Shown: in pieces, positions 8,351 to 18,181 of the stretch
Layout: each line of letters opens with the position of its first letter
How positions within the stretch are numbered: position 1 is the first letter of the stretch
Assembly: GCA_951812955.1 (NCBI GenBank)
Contig: OX638340.1
Span: 2,592,001 to 2,656,000, forward strand
Direction of reading: 5' to 3'
DNA: 64,000 nt
DNA from: an uncultured Gemmatimonadota bacterium
GTDB lineage: Bacteria; JAAXHH01
Position numbers and translations under genes: made by a program
Notes under the pieces: generated by a model
Told to the model about the DNA's origin: nothing
The model's database searches: none
Seen by the model: only the letters and a program-made list of their open reading frames with translations

Positions 8351-11104
8351 ATGACGCAACAGACCGCCGCCAAAGGCTTCCGATTCGACGACTTTGTGCT
8401 GGACGTCCAGAACCGCCAGGTTCGACGGAAAGATTCCGTGCTGCCCTTGAGTTCCAGGTATTTCGACGTATTGGTGCTGCTGGTATCCAATGCGGGGCAG
8501 TTGGTGGAGAAAAACCGCATCTTCGACGAAGTCTGGGAAGACGTGATCGTCAGCGATACGGCGCTGACCCAGTGTATCAAGTCGATCCGAAAACAGTTGA
8601 AGGACGACGCGTCGAACCCCAGATACGTCAAAACGGTGCCCAAACACGGATACGTCTTCATCGGCGACGCGGTGGAGATCCCCGAAGAACTTTCCGCGCC
8701 GTCCGTTCAAGGCAAGCCGCCCCGTCCGTACAAGTTCCTCGACTACTATACCGAAAACGACCAGGGCCTGTTCTTCGGCCGCGAGGAGGAGATCGAGAAC
8801 ATCTGCTCCCGCATCCTTGCCCGGCGCTCGTTTCTCCTCTACGGCCGTTCCGGTGTCGGTAAGAGTTCGATTCTACGAGCCGGCGTTATCCCCCGGTTGC
8901 ACGGCCAGGGACATAAAGCGTGTATCATCCGGAGTTTTACCGACCCGTTGCAGCACATGCAACGCATGGTCCGGCGGCTCGTCACCGGTAACGGCGAGGG
9001 CGACGTTGATCCGGACGGTGATGCTCTCGGGGACTTGCTTCACCGCCGATGGTCCGATTCATCGTCCCGGATCGTCGTCATGCTGGACCAGTTCGAAGAG
9101 TTTTTTCTCCTGCTCGATGACGGGGGCCGGCAGGCGTTTATCGATGAACTCGGTGCGATCATGGAGGACGACGAGCTGCCGTTGCAGTTCGTATTCGTGA
9201 TGCGTGAGGACATGCTGGCGGAGATGAGCCGACTCAAGCCGGTGGTACCGGAGATCTTCCACCATGAGTGCCGGCTCGGCCGACTGACGCCCGAACAGGC
9301 CGCCCGGGCCATAACGGGTCCTGCGTGGCGGGTAGGATGCCGGTTTGAAGACATGCTCGTCGACCGCCTGTTGGAGGATCTCTCCGACCAGGACTCTGTC
9401 GACCCGCCCCACCTGCAGATCGTGTGCGACACGCTGTACGATCAGCGCGATGAGAGAAACCTGATCACGGAATCGGCCTATGACCGTCTGGGCGGCGCTT
9501 CACAGATCCTGGCCGACTACCTCTCCCGGGTGCTCCGCCGGTTTTCAGCGGCCGACCTGTCCGTGGTGCAGCAGGTGCTTCTGGCGCTCATTTCCGCGGA
9601 CGAACGGCTCATCGTGGTGCGGGAGGCCGAATTGCTTTCGCGAATCCGGACCGGCGACCGGTACGACGACAATGCCCTAGAAAAACTGCTCGGCGAACTG
9701 GTTGACGCCCGTATCGTCAGGCGTCGAAACCAGGAAGGTGAAGGATGGCTTGAACTCGCCCACGAATGCTTGATTCCGGAGGTGTCCCGCTGGCTGACCA
9801 ATAGCGTTTACGAAGCAAAACAGGCCCGCAGCCTGCTCGAGCGGTCGGTGGAGAATTACCGTACCTACCAGCTCATCATGGACCGTGAAAGTCTGGATCT
9901 GCTTTCGCCCTACCTGGAAGAAATCGGGGTTTCCGGCCATGAAGCGTACCTGCTTTGCATCAGTCTGCTCAACAGGGACCGGCCGGTGCCGGGCTGGCTG
10001 GTTGAAAGGGTGCCGGACGCGCTGAACGTGATCCTGGATGCCACGTACAACGATCGCCAGGAAGTACGCCAGCGGGCGGTGGAGTCCTCCCGGCCCGTGC
10101 GCTGCGCGGCGCTGAACAACCGGCTGAGACACCTTGCGTTGCGGGATCACGAGCTGAAGGTACGCAGGGCGGCCAGCATCGAGCTGGCGGACTGGTTCGG
10201 CTCGGCCGTGGAATCGATTCTGACCCGTCCCACGGGCAACGAGTCCGTGAGCCGCCTGCAGCGCGCGGTCAGCCTGGCGTTTCTGAGGGAACAGAACCGT
10301 TCATTCAAACTTTCCCGGCTGTACCGCGTTATGGTGATGGTCGGTTTCATACTGATGCGCCTGCAACAGGGCGGGATCGACATCATGCAACAGGGGATCG
10401 GCGGAACATTCGGCGGCGCCGTGTCCGGCCTGCTTGGCGGGCTTCTCCTGGGAACCGCACTCGCCGCGGCCGGTTCCGGCCTGCCGTCGGAAGCCCTCTC
10501 ACCCATTTTCGTCCTGGCGGGCCTGGGCCTGTTCGGCGGCGTTTTCGGCGGCGCGGGCGTATCCTTCGGCATGGTCGCGCTGCGGCGCGTATCGAGGATT
10601 TACAGCCGATGGCTCGGCGTATTGGGCGGCGCGCTGGGCGGCGGCCTGGTAGGCGCCGCATTCAATCTCTTCAGTTCCGATACCCTGGAAACCCTGTTCG
10701 GCCGACATCCCGCGGGTCTTACCGGTGGCCTCGAAGGCGCCCTGATCGGGACGGGGGTAGCCCTTGGTCCGGTCGTCACGTATTACCTGGCCGGGCGGTC
10801 CGGGCAGTGGCGAAGCTTTCTCAACATCGTCTTCGGCGCACTGGGAGGCATGATCGCCAGTATCGTCCTGACCGTGATGGGAGGCAGCATGTTCACGGCC
10901 AGCCTGGAGACGCTGCGGCAGTCCTTCGATGCGTCGCAGATACGGCTCGAAACCATCGCGACGATCTTCGGAGAAGGCGAATTCGGCCGCACCACACAGG
11001 TCGCCCTGGGCGCCCTGGAGGGACTGCTCTTCGGTGGCGGCGTTTCGGCCGGCATCGAAACTTTCACCCGCTCGAGGGAGCGGGTCGAGAGACGGTACGA
11101 GTAA
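8351..11104 (+). CDS. Multidomain regulator: N-terminal OmpR/PhoB-type winged-helix DNA-binding domain, P-loop NTPase (STAND/AAA-like), HEAT-like repeats and C-terminal Gly-zipper hydrophobic (membrane) region
   Basis: Residues ~1-115 read 'FRFDDFVLDVQNRQV...YVKTVPKHGYVF', a CadC/OmpR trans_reg_C-like segment. A Walker A motif 'LYGRSGVGKSS' is preceded by 'FFGREEEIE', with a Walker-B-like 'IVVMLDQFEEFF'. HEAT/PBS-like repeats ('VRQRAVESSRPVRCAALNN..VRRAASIELADW'). The last ~260 aa are GxxxG-rich hydrophobic helices. Confidence 0.6.
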   Translation: MTQQTAAKGFRFDDFVLDVQNRQVRRKDSVLPLSSRYFDVLVLLVSNAGQLVEKNRIFDEVWEDVIVSDTALTQCIKSIRKQLKDDASNPRYVKTVPKHGYVFIGDAVEIPEELSAPSVQGKPPRPYKFLDYYTENDQGLFFGREEEIENICSRILARRSFLLYGRSGVGKSSILRAGVIPRLHGQGHKACIIRSFTDPLQHMQRMVRRLVTGNGEGDVDPDGDALGDLLHRRWSDSSSRIVVMLDQFEEFFLLLDDGGRQAFIDELGAIMEDDELPLQFVFVMREDMLAEMSRLKPVVPEIFHHECRLGRLTPEQAARAITGPAWRVGCRFEDMLVDRLLEDLSDQDSVDPPHLQIVCDTLYDQRDERNLITESAYDRLGGASQILADYLSRVLRRFSAADLSVVQQVLLALISADERLIVVREAELLSRIRTGDRYDDNALEKLLGELVDARIVRRRNQEGEGWLELAHECLIPEVSRWLTNSVYEAKQARSLLERSVENYRTYQLIMDRESLDLLSPYLEEIGVSGHEAYLLCISLLNRDRPVPGWLVERVPDALNVILDATYNDRQEVRQRAVESSRPVRCAALNNRLRHLALRDHELKVRRAASIELADWFGSAVESILTRPTGNESVSRLQRAVSLAFLREQNRSFKLSRLYRVMVMVGFILMRLQQGGIDIMQQGIGGTFGGAVSGLLGGLLLGTALAAAGSGLPSEALSPIFVLAGLGLFGGVFGGAGVSFGMVALRRVSRIYSRWLGVLGGALGGGLVGAAFNLFSSDTLETLFGRHPAGLTGGLEGALIGTGVALGPVVTYYLAGRSGQWRSFLNIVFGALGGMIASIVLTVMGGSMFTASLETLRQSFDASQIRLETIATIFGEGEFGRTTQVALGALEGLLFGGGVSAGIETFTRSRERVERRYE

Positions 11105-11186
11105 AGCGGATCGGCGGATGGTGGGTAGGAGGATGGCACCGTAAGAGACAGCTTCGAGGATTGTGCATGGATTCGCACGTCGCGCC

Positions 11187-11273
11187 CGCGCGAGAACGAA
11201 TGGATAAACCGTGAGACCTGGATACGTGCGTCACGGCCACGCGAAAAGGAATGGATGAACCGTGGAGAACCGG
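11187..11273. repeat. About 33-bp imperfect direct repeat x2 upstream of or overlapping the thiL start
   Basis: 'cgcgagaacgaatggataaaccgtgagacctgg' and 'cgcgaaaaggaatggatgaaccgtggagaaccgg' lie about 52 bp apart. Confidence 0.6.
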
Positions 11274-12305
11274 AAGGAAGGCAAGGGCCTTCCCACCGAA
11301 TTCGAGTTGATCCGCCGAATCGGGCATGCGCTGCCCGAGACGGATCCGAGCGTCATTTTAGGGATCGGCGATGACGCCGCGGCCGTAGAACCCGGACCCG
11401 GTATGACGACCCTGCTGACGACCGATACCTTCGTGGAAGGCGTGGATTTCGACGTTGCCTTCTCGTCCTGGCGGCAGATCGGATGGAAATGCATGGCCGC
11501 CAACTACAGCGATATCGCGGCCATGGGCGGCGTTCCCCGGCACGCGCTGACGACGCTCTGCCTTCCCGCTCATCGCACTGCGGAAGACGTGGAGGCGCTG
11601 TACGCGGGCATTCGCGACTTGACGCAACACACAGGCCAATCGGTGTCCATCGTCGGAGGCGATCTGAGTTCCACGGACGGACCGACCGTCGTCTCCATCA
11701 TGGTAAGGGGAGAAGCGGCAGAGGAACGCATCACGGCGCGCCGCGGCGCCCGTGTGGGAGATGTTCTCTGCGTCACCGGACACCTGGGCGGAAGCGAGGC
11801 CGGTCTTCGCCTGCTCAAATCGGCGCGGGCGCATCCGGAACCGGGGAGACTGGCGGACCGTTTCGAAGGCGCGCTGCGCCGACACCGCACGCCCGTTCCG
11901 CGTGTCCGAGAAGGCGGCATACTGGCATGCAGCGGTTGGGTACACGCCATGATCGACGTAAGCGACGGGCTCAGTTCGGATGCCCTGCACCTGGCTCGTA
12001 GCAGCGGAGTTGGTTTGAAACTGGATGGGAACGCACTGCCAGTCGCGGATGAGACCAGGCAGGTTATGGAGGAGCTTGGGATCGATCCCGTAGAGACTGC
12101 GCTGGAAAGCGGAGAGGAATTCGAACTGCTGTGCGCCGTTGCGCCGGAGAAGGTGGATCGCCTGGCAGCCGAACTCGGGGAACGTACCGGAACGCCCCTG
12201 ACCCCCATTGGCGAATGCGTGTCCGTGGATCGCGGATGCACCTTTTCGGACCACACCGGACCCCGGCCCCTGCGTCCGGGAGGGTACGAACATTTCAGAG
12301 ACTGA
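11262..12305 (+). CDS. thiL: Thiamine-monophosphate kinase
   Basis: 'EFELIRRI..LGIGDDAA' plus AIR-synthase-related (PurM-like) N- and C-domains. Probable GTG start at 11262. Confidence 0.85.
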   Translation: MENRKEGKGLPTEFELIRRIGHALPETDPSVILGIGDDAAAVEPGPGMTTLLTTDTFVEGVDFDVAFSSWRQIGWKCMAANYSDIAAMGGVPRHALTTLCLPAHRTAEDVEALYAGIRDLTQHTGQSVSIVGGDLSSTDGPTVVSIMVRGEAAEERITARRGARVGDVLCVTGHLGGSEAGLRLLKSARAHPEPGRLADRFEGALRRHRTPVPRVREGGILACSGWVHAMIDVSDGLSSDALHLARSSGVGLKLDGNALPVADETRQVMEELGIDPVETALESGEEFELLCAVAPEKVDRLAAELGERTGTPLTPIGECVSVDRGCTFSDHTGPRPLRPGGYEHFRD

Positions 12306-12308
12306 CGG

Positions 12309-12614
12309 CTAGACTTCTATTTCTACGGCATCGCCGGTCACCCGGACCGGGAAGCAGGTGAGATTCTCGTAGGCCGGCGGCGAAAGCACGTCACCCGTAG
12401 TCACGTCAAAAGACGCGCCGTGGAAGGGACACCAGAGATCGGTGCCGTCCAGTTCCCCTTCGCTCAGGGGCGCGCCCATGTGGGGGCAGAAATTATCGGC
12501 GGCATAGTACTTCCCATCCACATTGCACAGGACGATCTCTTTCCCATCGATCGAGACCATTTTCATCTTGCCCGGACTCAATTCATCCAGGTCCGCCGCC
12601 TTGACGTATCCCAT
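12309..12614 (-). CDS. Rieske [2Fe-2S] domain protein (oxygenase ferredoxin component-like)
   Basis: Rieske motifs 'CPHMGAPL' (CxH) and 'CPFHGASF' (CxxH). About 100 aa. Confidence 0.8.
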   Translation of the reverse strand: MGYVKAADLDELSPGKMKMVSIDGKEIVLCNVDGKYYAADNFCPHMGAPLSEGELDGTDLWCPFHGASFDVTTGDVLSPPAYENLTCFPVRVTGDAVEIEV

Positions 12615-12753
12615 GTAAGGATTCTCCTTTCTCGGAATTTCGATCTCCTGGTCCCGGGGTGCCGGACGGTCGCTACGGCCCTCGGTCAGCCTGGTATGAT
12701 GATCTGCCTGGAGTGATAATCGGCTTGGTTCATTGATTAGCCTGAAATCCTGG

Positions 12754-14496
12754 TCAGCCTGGTATGATGATTCGTTGGCCGATCCTCAACCGGTTGGCCT
12801 GTACATCGGGGTTCGCCCGCATAAGGGCCGCTACGGTAACCTTGAAGACCCGCGCGATACGTGATAGCGTATCCCCCGAGCGGATGTCGTAGGTCACCGG
12901 ACTGCCGACCGTTCCCCTTCCGCCGATCCCGTTCCCAGTAAGGCGAAGCACCTGGCCGGGGCGGATGATGTCTCCCCGCAACCCGTTCGACTGCTTTAGC
13001 GCGGTAACGGATGTCCCGTAATACCGGGCGATGCGGGTCAGTGTGTCGCCGCGCCGCACGGTATGCGAAGTAGCGTTCTTCGGTGTACCGTACGAAGGCC
13101 CCTGGCCTACCCATGTCTGGTTATTGTAGCTGCGCCCGGGCACGCGGAGCATCTGGCCAATGCGGATCAGGCTGCCCCGTATCCGGTTCATGCTCCGGAT
13201 TCTGCTGACCGACGTCCGGAATCTGCGGGCGATATGGCCGAGGGTATCGCCTCGCCGCACGCGGTACCTGCTTACCTCGGGAGGGGGTCTGAAATTCGAC
13301 TCCGGCAGCTCGTCGAGACTGCCGAGCAGGGTCGAGCCTGCGCCGAGGGGCACGCGCAGCGCGTAACCGGTGGGCGGCGTCACGCCGTAACGAATGTCGG
13401 TATTCAGGGCCTTGAGATCGTCCTGCGGCATGTCCAGCATTTCGGCGACGTGCTGCAGCGTGACCGACTTGTCGAGAAGCACCTCTTCGAAGAGGTGGGG
13501 ATGATGGGTCTCCGGCCATTCGACGCCGTATTTCTCGGCGTTCTCGATGATATGCACCACCGCGAGGAATTTGGGTATGTAGTTCCGGGTCTCCCTGGGC
13601 AGCCGCATTTTCCAGTAGTCCCGGTTCCCCGTCCGGTTGATCTCGCGGAGTACGCGATACTCGCCGCAGTTGTATGCCGCGAGGGCGAGAAACCAGTCGT
13701 CGAACATGCCGTACAGGTCCTCCAGGTAGGCGAGTGCGGCCGGTGTGGCCTTGTGGGGGTCAAAGCGGTCGTCTACCCAACCGGATCGGCGGAGTCCGTA
13801 CCGCTTGCCGGTATCGAAGATGAATTGCCACATGCCCGCCGCGGCCGCCCATGAGTACGCCCTGGGCTTGAAGCCGCTTTCGACGATCGGAAGCCACTGA
13901 AGCTCTCCAGGCATTCCGCGGGCGGCGAGCTCCTCACGGATCATGGGTGTGTATCGCCCGGACCGCTGGTACGCGGCCTTGAGTATGTCCAGGCTCCTGC
14001 CCTTGAGAAACTGATTGATTTGCAGGGTGACGCGGCGGTTGAGTTCTCTGGGAATCGAACCCCTGACTTCGGCGGCCGCGCGGTGTCTGTCCTGGATGCG
14101 GTCCACCAGCAGGCCGAGTTGCCTGAGCAGGTCGGCCTGCGCGGGAGTCGCGGCGTGTTTCTGGTCGTCGCTCAGGAGGATGAGCAGCCCGAGCACTTCG
14201 TCGACCGCGTCGCGCGCGGACGTGGTATCGGAACGCTCCAGCGCCGCGAGCGCCGCGTCATAGCGCAGCCTGGCATCGGCGAGAAGACGATCCGGATCCT
14301 GTGTCACCAGGGAGTCGGCCAGGGTGACGTGATCGAGGGTAAGATCCTGACCCGGCATTTGCTCCACCGCGACGGCCGTTCCGGTGGTGTCCGCCGTCTC
14401 GGGAGAGGCCGTGGCGCGCGAGCCCGGTTCAAGGGACCGGTGTCCGGCGCAGCCGGCGAGGATAACAAGGCCTATGAGCGGGAGGTATCTTATCAT
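12754..14496 (-). CDS. mltD: Membrane-bound lytic murein transglycosylase D-like lipoprotein (SLT domain + 3 LysM repeats)
   Basis: Lipobox 'LAGC'. SLT catalytic region 'ELQWLPIVESGFKPRAYSWAAAAGMWQF'. Three C-terminal LysM repeats: 'YRVRRGDTLGHIAR', 'HTVRRGDTLTRIAR' and 'YDIRSGDTLSRIAR'. Confidence 0.85.
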   Translation of the reverse strand: MIRYLPLIGLVILAGCAGHRSLEPGSRATASPETADTTGTAVAVEQMPGQDLTLDHVTLADSLVTQDPDRLLADARLRYDAALAALERSDTTSARDAVDEVLGLLILLSDDQKHAATPAQADLLRQLGLLVDRIQDRHRAAAEVRGSIPRELNRRVTLQINQFLKGRSLDILKAAYQRSGRYTPMIREELAARGMPGELQWLPIVESGFKPRAYSWAAAAGMWQFIFDTGKRYGLRRSGWVDDRFDPHKATPAALAYLEDLYGMFDDWFLALAAYNCGEYRVLREINRTGNRDYWKMRLPRETRNYIPKFLAVVHIIENAEKYGVEWPETHHPHLFEEVLLDKSVTLQHVAEMLDMPQDDLKALNTDIRYGVTPPTGYALRVPLGAGSTLLGSLDELPESNFRPPPEVSRYRVRRGDTLGHIARRFRTSVSRIRSMNRIRGSLIRIGQMLRVPGRSYNNQTWVGQGPSYGTPKNATSHTVRRGDTLTRIARYYGTSVTALKQSNGLRGDIIRPGQVLRLTGNGIGGRGTVGSPVTYDIRSGDTLSRIARVFKVTVAALMRANPDVQANRLRIGQRIIIPG

Positions 14497-14634
14497 AATC
14501 TGCGTTTAGCGAATCAGAAACCGATTCGGCTTCCGAACGTCGATCCATCGATCGGCACCGGTCACCGCAGCCGTCTGAAATATATCCTTAACCGTCGAGT
14601 AGGCAAGGGTTTTTAAAAAACCTCAGCCTGGTTC

Positions 14635-14691
14635 GTCGGCCATTCGTCGGGCAGTCGGCCATTCGTTAGGCAGTCGGCCATTGGTCGGGCA
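14635..14691. repeat. Intergenic 19-bp tandem repeat x3 (MltD promoter / queG 3' region)
   Basis: Three adjacent units: 'gtcggccattcgtcgggca', 'gtcggccattcgttaggca' and 'gtcggccattggtcgggca'. Confidence 0.8.
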
Positions 14692-14737
14692 AAGGTTCGG
14701 GCGCGGCACCGGCAGGTACGTATGAGTCAGCCATTCG

Positions 14738-15901
14738 TCACGACGCTTCGCATTCCGTGAGCGCCTGGTCTATTTCCTTGATTACCCACTGATCTACTTC
14801 GGATTTCTTCGCCTGCTCCAGTACCGCGAGCGCCCGGCCGCCGCCGACGTTCCCCAGCGCCCAGGCCGCATGCCCCCGGACCAGCGGCTCGTCGTCGACA
14901 AGCGAATCGGCGAGCGCGGGTATCGCCTCGGGGTCCTTCGTGTTGCCCAGGGCAACCGCGGCGTTCCGCAGCAGGCCCCGCCGCTTGGTCCGTTTTACGG
15001 GACTGCCCCGGAATCGCGTCCTGAATTCCTCCGGCGTCAACCCCAGCATTTCGATCAGGCCCGGCGCTTCGTTCCACGGACGGGAAACGAACGCCGAATG
15101 GCCGGTTTCCGGTGCGCGGCGGTTCCAGGGACAGACATCCTGGCAGTCGTCGCACCCGAACACGCGGTCTCCCATCGCCGCGCGGTACTCCAGGGGGATG
15201 GCGCCTTTCAGTTCGATGGTGTGGTAGGAAATGCAGCGACGCGAATCGATCACGTAGGGCTCGACGATGGCTTCCGTGGGACAGGCCTCGATGCACCTCG
15301 TGCACGTGCCGCAGTGGTCGGCGGCAGGCCGGTCCCCGTCCAGGTCGATGTCCAGGAGAATCTCCCCGATCAACAGCCACGAACCCACGCGCTTGTGTAT
15401 GAGATTGGTGTGCTTCCCGAACCACCCCAGGCCGGCGCGGACGGCGAACTCACGTTCCAGCACGGGCCCCGTGTCCACGTACACCCTGCCCTCCACGGGA
15501 CGTCCGGCCCTTTCCCGGATGAATCCGAGCAGTTCCTGCAGCTTCTCCTTCATTACGTCATGATAGTCGTCGCCCCGGGCGTACCGGGCGATCTTTCCGC
15601 GGTACGTGTCTCCAGGCGTTCCTCGTTGCGTGTCTCCAGGCACGCCGCTGGGGACGGGGTCCGGGTCCGGACACCGGTAGTTCATCGCGACTACGACGAG
15701 GGACCGCGCGTTCGGCAGGATCTGTCCCGGGTCCTGCCGTTTCTCGATCTGCCGGCCCAGGTAGGCCATCTCGCCGGCCATGCCCTGCTCGATCCATTTG
15801 GCGTAATATTCACCGTGACGAGGTGGCTCGGCAGTGGTTACGCCGGATAGATCGAAACCGAGATACGCGGCGTGCGCCTTGATTTCTTCGGTAAGAGACA
15901 C
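14738..15901 (-). CDS. queG: Epoxyqueuosine reductase (tRNA-Q34 biosynthesis)
   Basis: Two 4Fe-4S Cys clusters ('CGTCTRCIEACP', 'CDDCQDVCPWN'). QueG-type N-terminal region and C-terminal HEAT-like tail. Contains an internal 24-bp tandem duplication encoding 'GVPGDTQRGTPGDTYRG'. Confidence 0.9.
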   Translation of the reverse strand: MSLTEEIKAHAAYLGFDLSGVTTAEPPRHGEYYAKWIEQGMAGEMAYLGRQIEKRQDPGQILPNARSLVVVAMNYRCPDPDPVPSGVPGDTQRGTPGDTYRGKIARYARGDDYHDVMKEKLQELLGFIRERAGRPVEGRVYVDTGPVLEREFAVRAGLGWFGKHTNLIHKRVGSWLLIGEILLDIDLDGDRPAADHCGTCTRCIEACPTEAIVEPYVIDSRRCISYHTIELKGAIPLEYRAAMGDRVFGCDDCQDVCPWNRRAPETGHSAFVSRPWNEAPGLIEMLGLTPEEFRTRFRGSPVKRTKRRGLLRNAAVALGNTKDPEAIPALADSLVDDEPLVRGHAAWALGNVGGGRALAVLEQAKKSEVDQWVIKEIDQALTECEAS

Positions 15902-15923
15902 GGGTATCCACTACGCGGCGAAG

Positions 15924-17603
15924 CTATCCCGCCGCTTGTCCGCTGGGCGTCGGAGAATGACGCCGGTTCCGGTTTCGTCCGTACGACCTTCGACGTCCGC
16001 CCTGTTGCTGGTCGTCCCGCTTGTTGGTCATCCTGTGCGCGATTTTCTCCCGGATGACGGTCACCTTGATGTGCCCGGGATAGGTCAGATCGTTGCGGAT
16101 CTTCTGGGATATTTCGGAGGCCAGTAAGTGCGTCCGGTCGTCGTCTACCTGGTCCGGCCGGACCATGACCCGGATCTCACGGCCCGCGTTGATGGCGTAG
16201 GCGTCGGCCACCCCGTCGAACGCCCGGGCGAGTTCTTCAAGCTCCACCACCCTGCGGACATAGTCTTCAGGGTCATTCCTGCGGGCGCCGGGCCGGGCAC
16301 CCGAAATCGCGTCCGCCGCGGCGACAAGAAACGTGATCGGCGAGGTGATTTCCTCGTTCTCGTCGTTGTGATGGGCGATAATGGCGTTCTTGACTTCCTC
16401 GGGTTCGCCATACTTCTCCGCGAAGGCCAGTCCGATTTCAGGGTGGGATCCCTCCATCTCGTGGTCCAGGGCCTTGCCGACGTCGTGAAGGAGTCCGCAG
16501 CGCCGGGCGAGCAACTCGTCCAACCCGATCTCAACGGCCATCATACCGGTAAGGAACGCCACCTCCTTCGAGTGATCCAGGGCGTTCTGGCCGTAACTGG
16601 ACCGGAACCGCAGCCGGCCGACCAGTTTCATCATCTCGGGATGCATGGGTTTCAATTTAAGCTGGTTGACGGTCTGTTGCCCTTCCGATAGCAGACGGCT
16701 GTCGATCTGTTCCCGTGCCCGCGTGATGATTTCTTCTATTCGGCTCTGGGTGATCTTGCCGTTGGATACGAGATCGGCCATGGCCGTCCGTGCGATTTCC
16801 CTGCGGATGGGATCGAAACAGGAGATGACCACGGCTTCGGGTGTATCGTCCACCATCACCTTGACTTCGCTGGCCGCCTCGAAAGTCCGAATGTTACGGC
16901 CGTCTTTTCCGATTATACGGGCTTTGATCTGGTCGTTGGGCAGGGGAACCACCGCGACGCTCGTCTGCGTGGACTGATCCACCGCGCACCGGCTGATCGC
17001 CAGCGTGACGACATTTCTCGCTTCCCGGTTGGCATTGGTCTGCGCGGTTTTCAGTATGTCCCTTACCCTGTGCTCCGCTTCCTGCTTCACGTCGTGGATG
17101 AGCTCATCGTGAAGCTGTTGCTTGGCTTCTTCCGCGGTCAGCCGGGCCAGGGATTCCAACCGGTTGCGGTATTCAGAGGCCGCTTCCTTCAGCCGGACTT
17201 GCTGCGTGTTAAATTTCTCTTCCAGCTTTTCCAACTCTTCTTCCCTCAGGCCGGCCTGATCTTCCCGATCCTTCAGGCTGTCGAGTCGCTGTTCGCACTC
17301 TTTCTCCCGGACCATCATATCCTGCTCCTGGTTGTCCAGGGCAGACTGCCTGCTGTTGATTTCTACCTCCTGCGCCTCCCGCGCATCATGCCATTTTCTC
17401 TTTTCCTCGAGCAGTTCAGCCCGGCGCTGCACTTCCATTTCCTTGAAAAGGCGCTGCGCGCGTTTCTGAGCTTTTTCCTCCATTTCGCCGGCTTTGCTGC
17501 GCCGCCAGAGCATGCCGATTGCCAGCCCGACAAGACCGGAAATCACGGCCAGCGCGGCCAGAGGCAGCAATAAATCGTTCAGGTTTTCCAATGGGAATTC
17601 CAT
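15924..17603 (-). CDS. rny: Ribonuclease Y
   Basis: N-terminal transmembrane helix, coiled-coil region, KH domain and HD domain ('LLHDVGKALDHE'). There is an unusual Arg/Gly-rich C-terminal tail. Confidence 0.9.
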   Translation of the reverse strand: MEFPLENLNDLLLPLAALAVISGLVGLAIGMLWRRSKAGEMEEKAQKRAQRLFKEMEVQRRAELLEEKRKWHDAREAQEVEINSRQSALDNQEQDMMVREKECEQRLDSLKDREDQAGLREEELEKLEEKFNTQQVRLKEAASEYRNRLESLARLTAEEAKQQLHDELIHDVKQEAEHRVRDILKTAQTNANREARNVVTLAISRCAVDQSTQTSVAVVPLPNDQIKARIIGKDGRNIRTFEAASEVKVMVDDTPEAVVISCFDPIRREIARTAMADLVSNGKITQSRIEEIITRAREQIDSRLLSEGQQTVNQLKLKPMHPEMMKLVGRLRFRSSYGQNALDHSKEVAFLTGMMAVEIGLDELLARRCGLLHDVGKALDHEMEGSHPEIGLAFAEKYGEPEEVKNAIIAHHNDENEEITSPITFLVAAADAISGARPGARRNDPEDYVRRVVELEELARAFDGVADAYAINAGREIRVMVRPDQVDDDRTHLLASEISQKIRNDLTYPGHIKVTVIREKIAHRMTNKRDDQQQGGRRRSYGRNRNRRHSPTPSGQAAG

Positions 17604-18181
17604 AGAACACCCCCTGCTATGAAAACAGCTTATCCCTCAGTAGCGTCGAACCAGGGCTTGATTTCGATAAGCTGGCCGCTGCCGATCCGGAGCGTGGCCG
17701 GGTCGGCGTATGCCGGCAGGGGAGTGTTGCTTACGGGCGAGGAAGGTATGGCACCCGTGTTTTTCGAACCGTTCCGCCGCGGTGGTGTTTATGTGCGTGT
17801 TCCCGACGAGCTGCCGTCGAGCGTCTCCAGAGTTGTCCGCTCAGAAATACCTTAGACCTTTCAGCGTCGAGTAAATACATGCACGTTTCCGCGAATCTCA
17901 ATCTGTATTTGAACAGAACCGGATACCACCTGTTTGCCTGGAACGGAGTCGGCCATATGTTGTGCTTGCCATATTGTTTTCCAAGGCGCCCGGACTTCCT
18001 CGGGAGCGCCCCCACCCTGCCTATCGAGTTACTAAATCAGGTCGTACAGTTACCAAATCAGGTCATGCATTGTTAAAACACCGGTGCATGATCCGGGTTA
18101 GAGCGTTGCGACATTCGACGCGGATAATTCGACTGACCCTGATGGTTGTGGGTGCCGCGTCCATGATACACACATGGTCTT

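Noticed and set aside
14635-14691. Short tandem repeats considered as a CRISPR array
   Set aside because: The units are contiguous, with no spacers, only 19-21 bp long, and at most 3 copies. No cas genes are present. They are simple tandem duplications.
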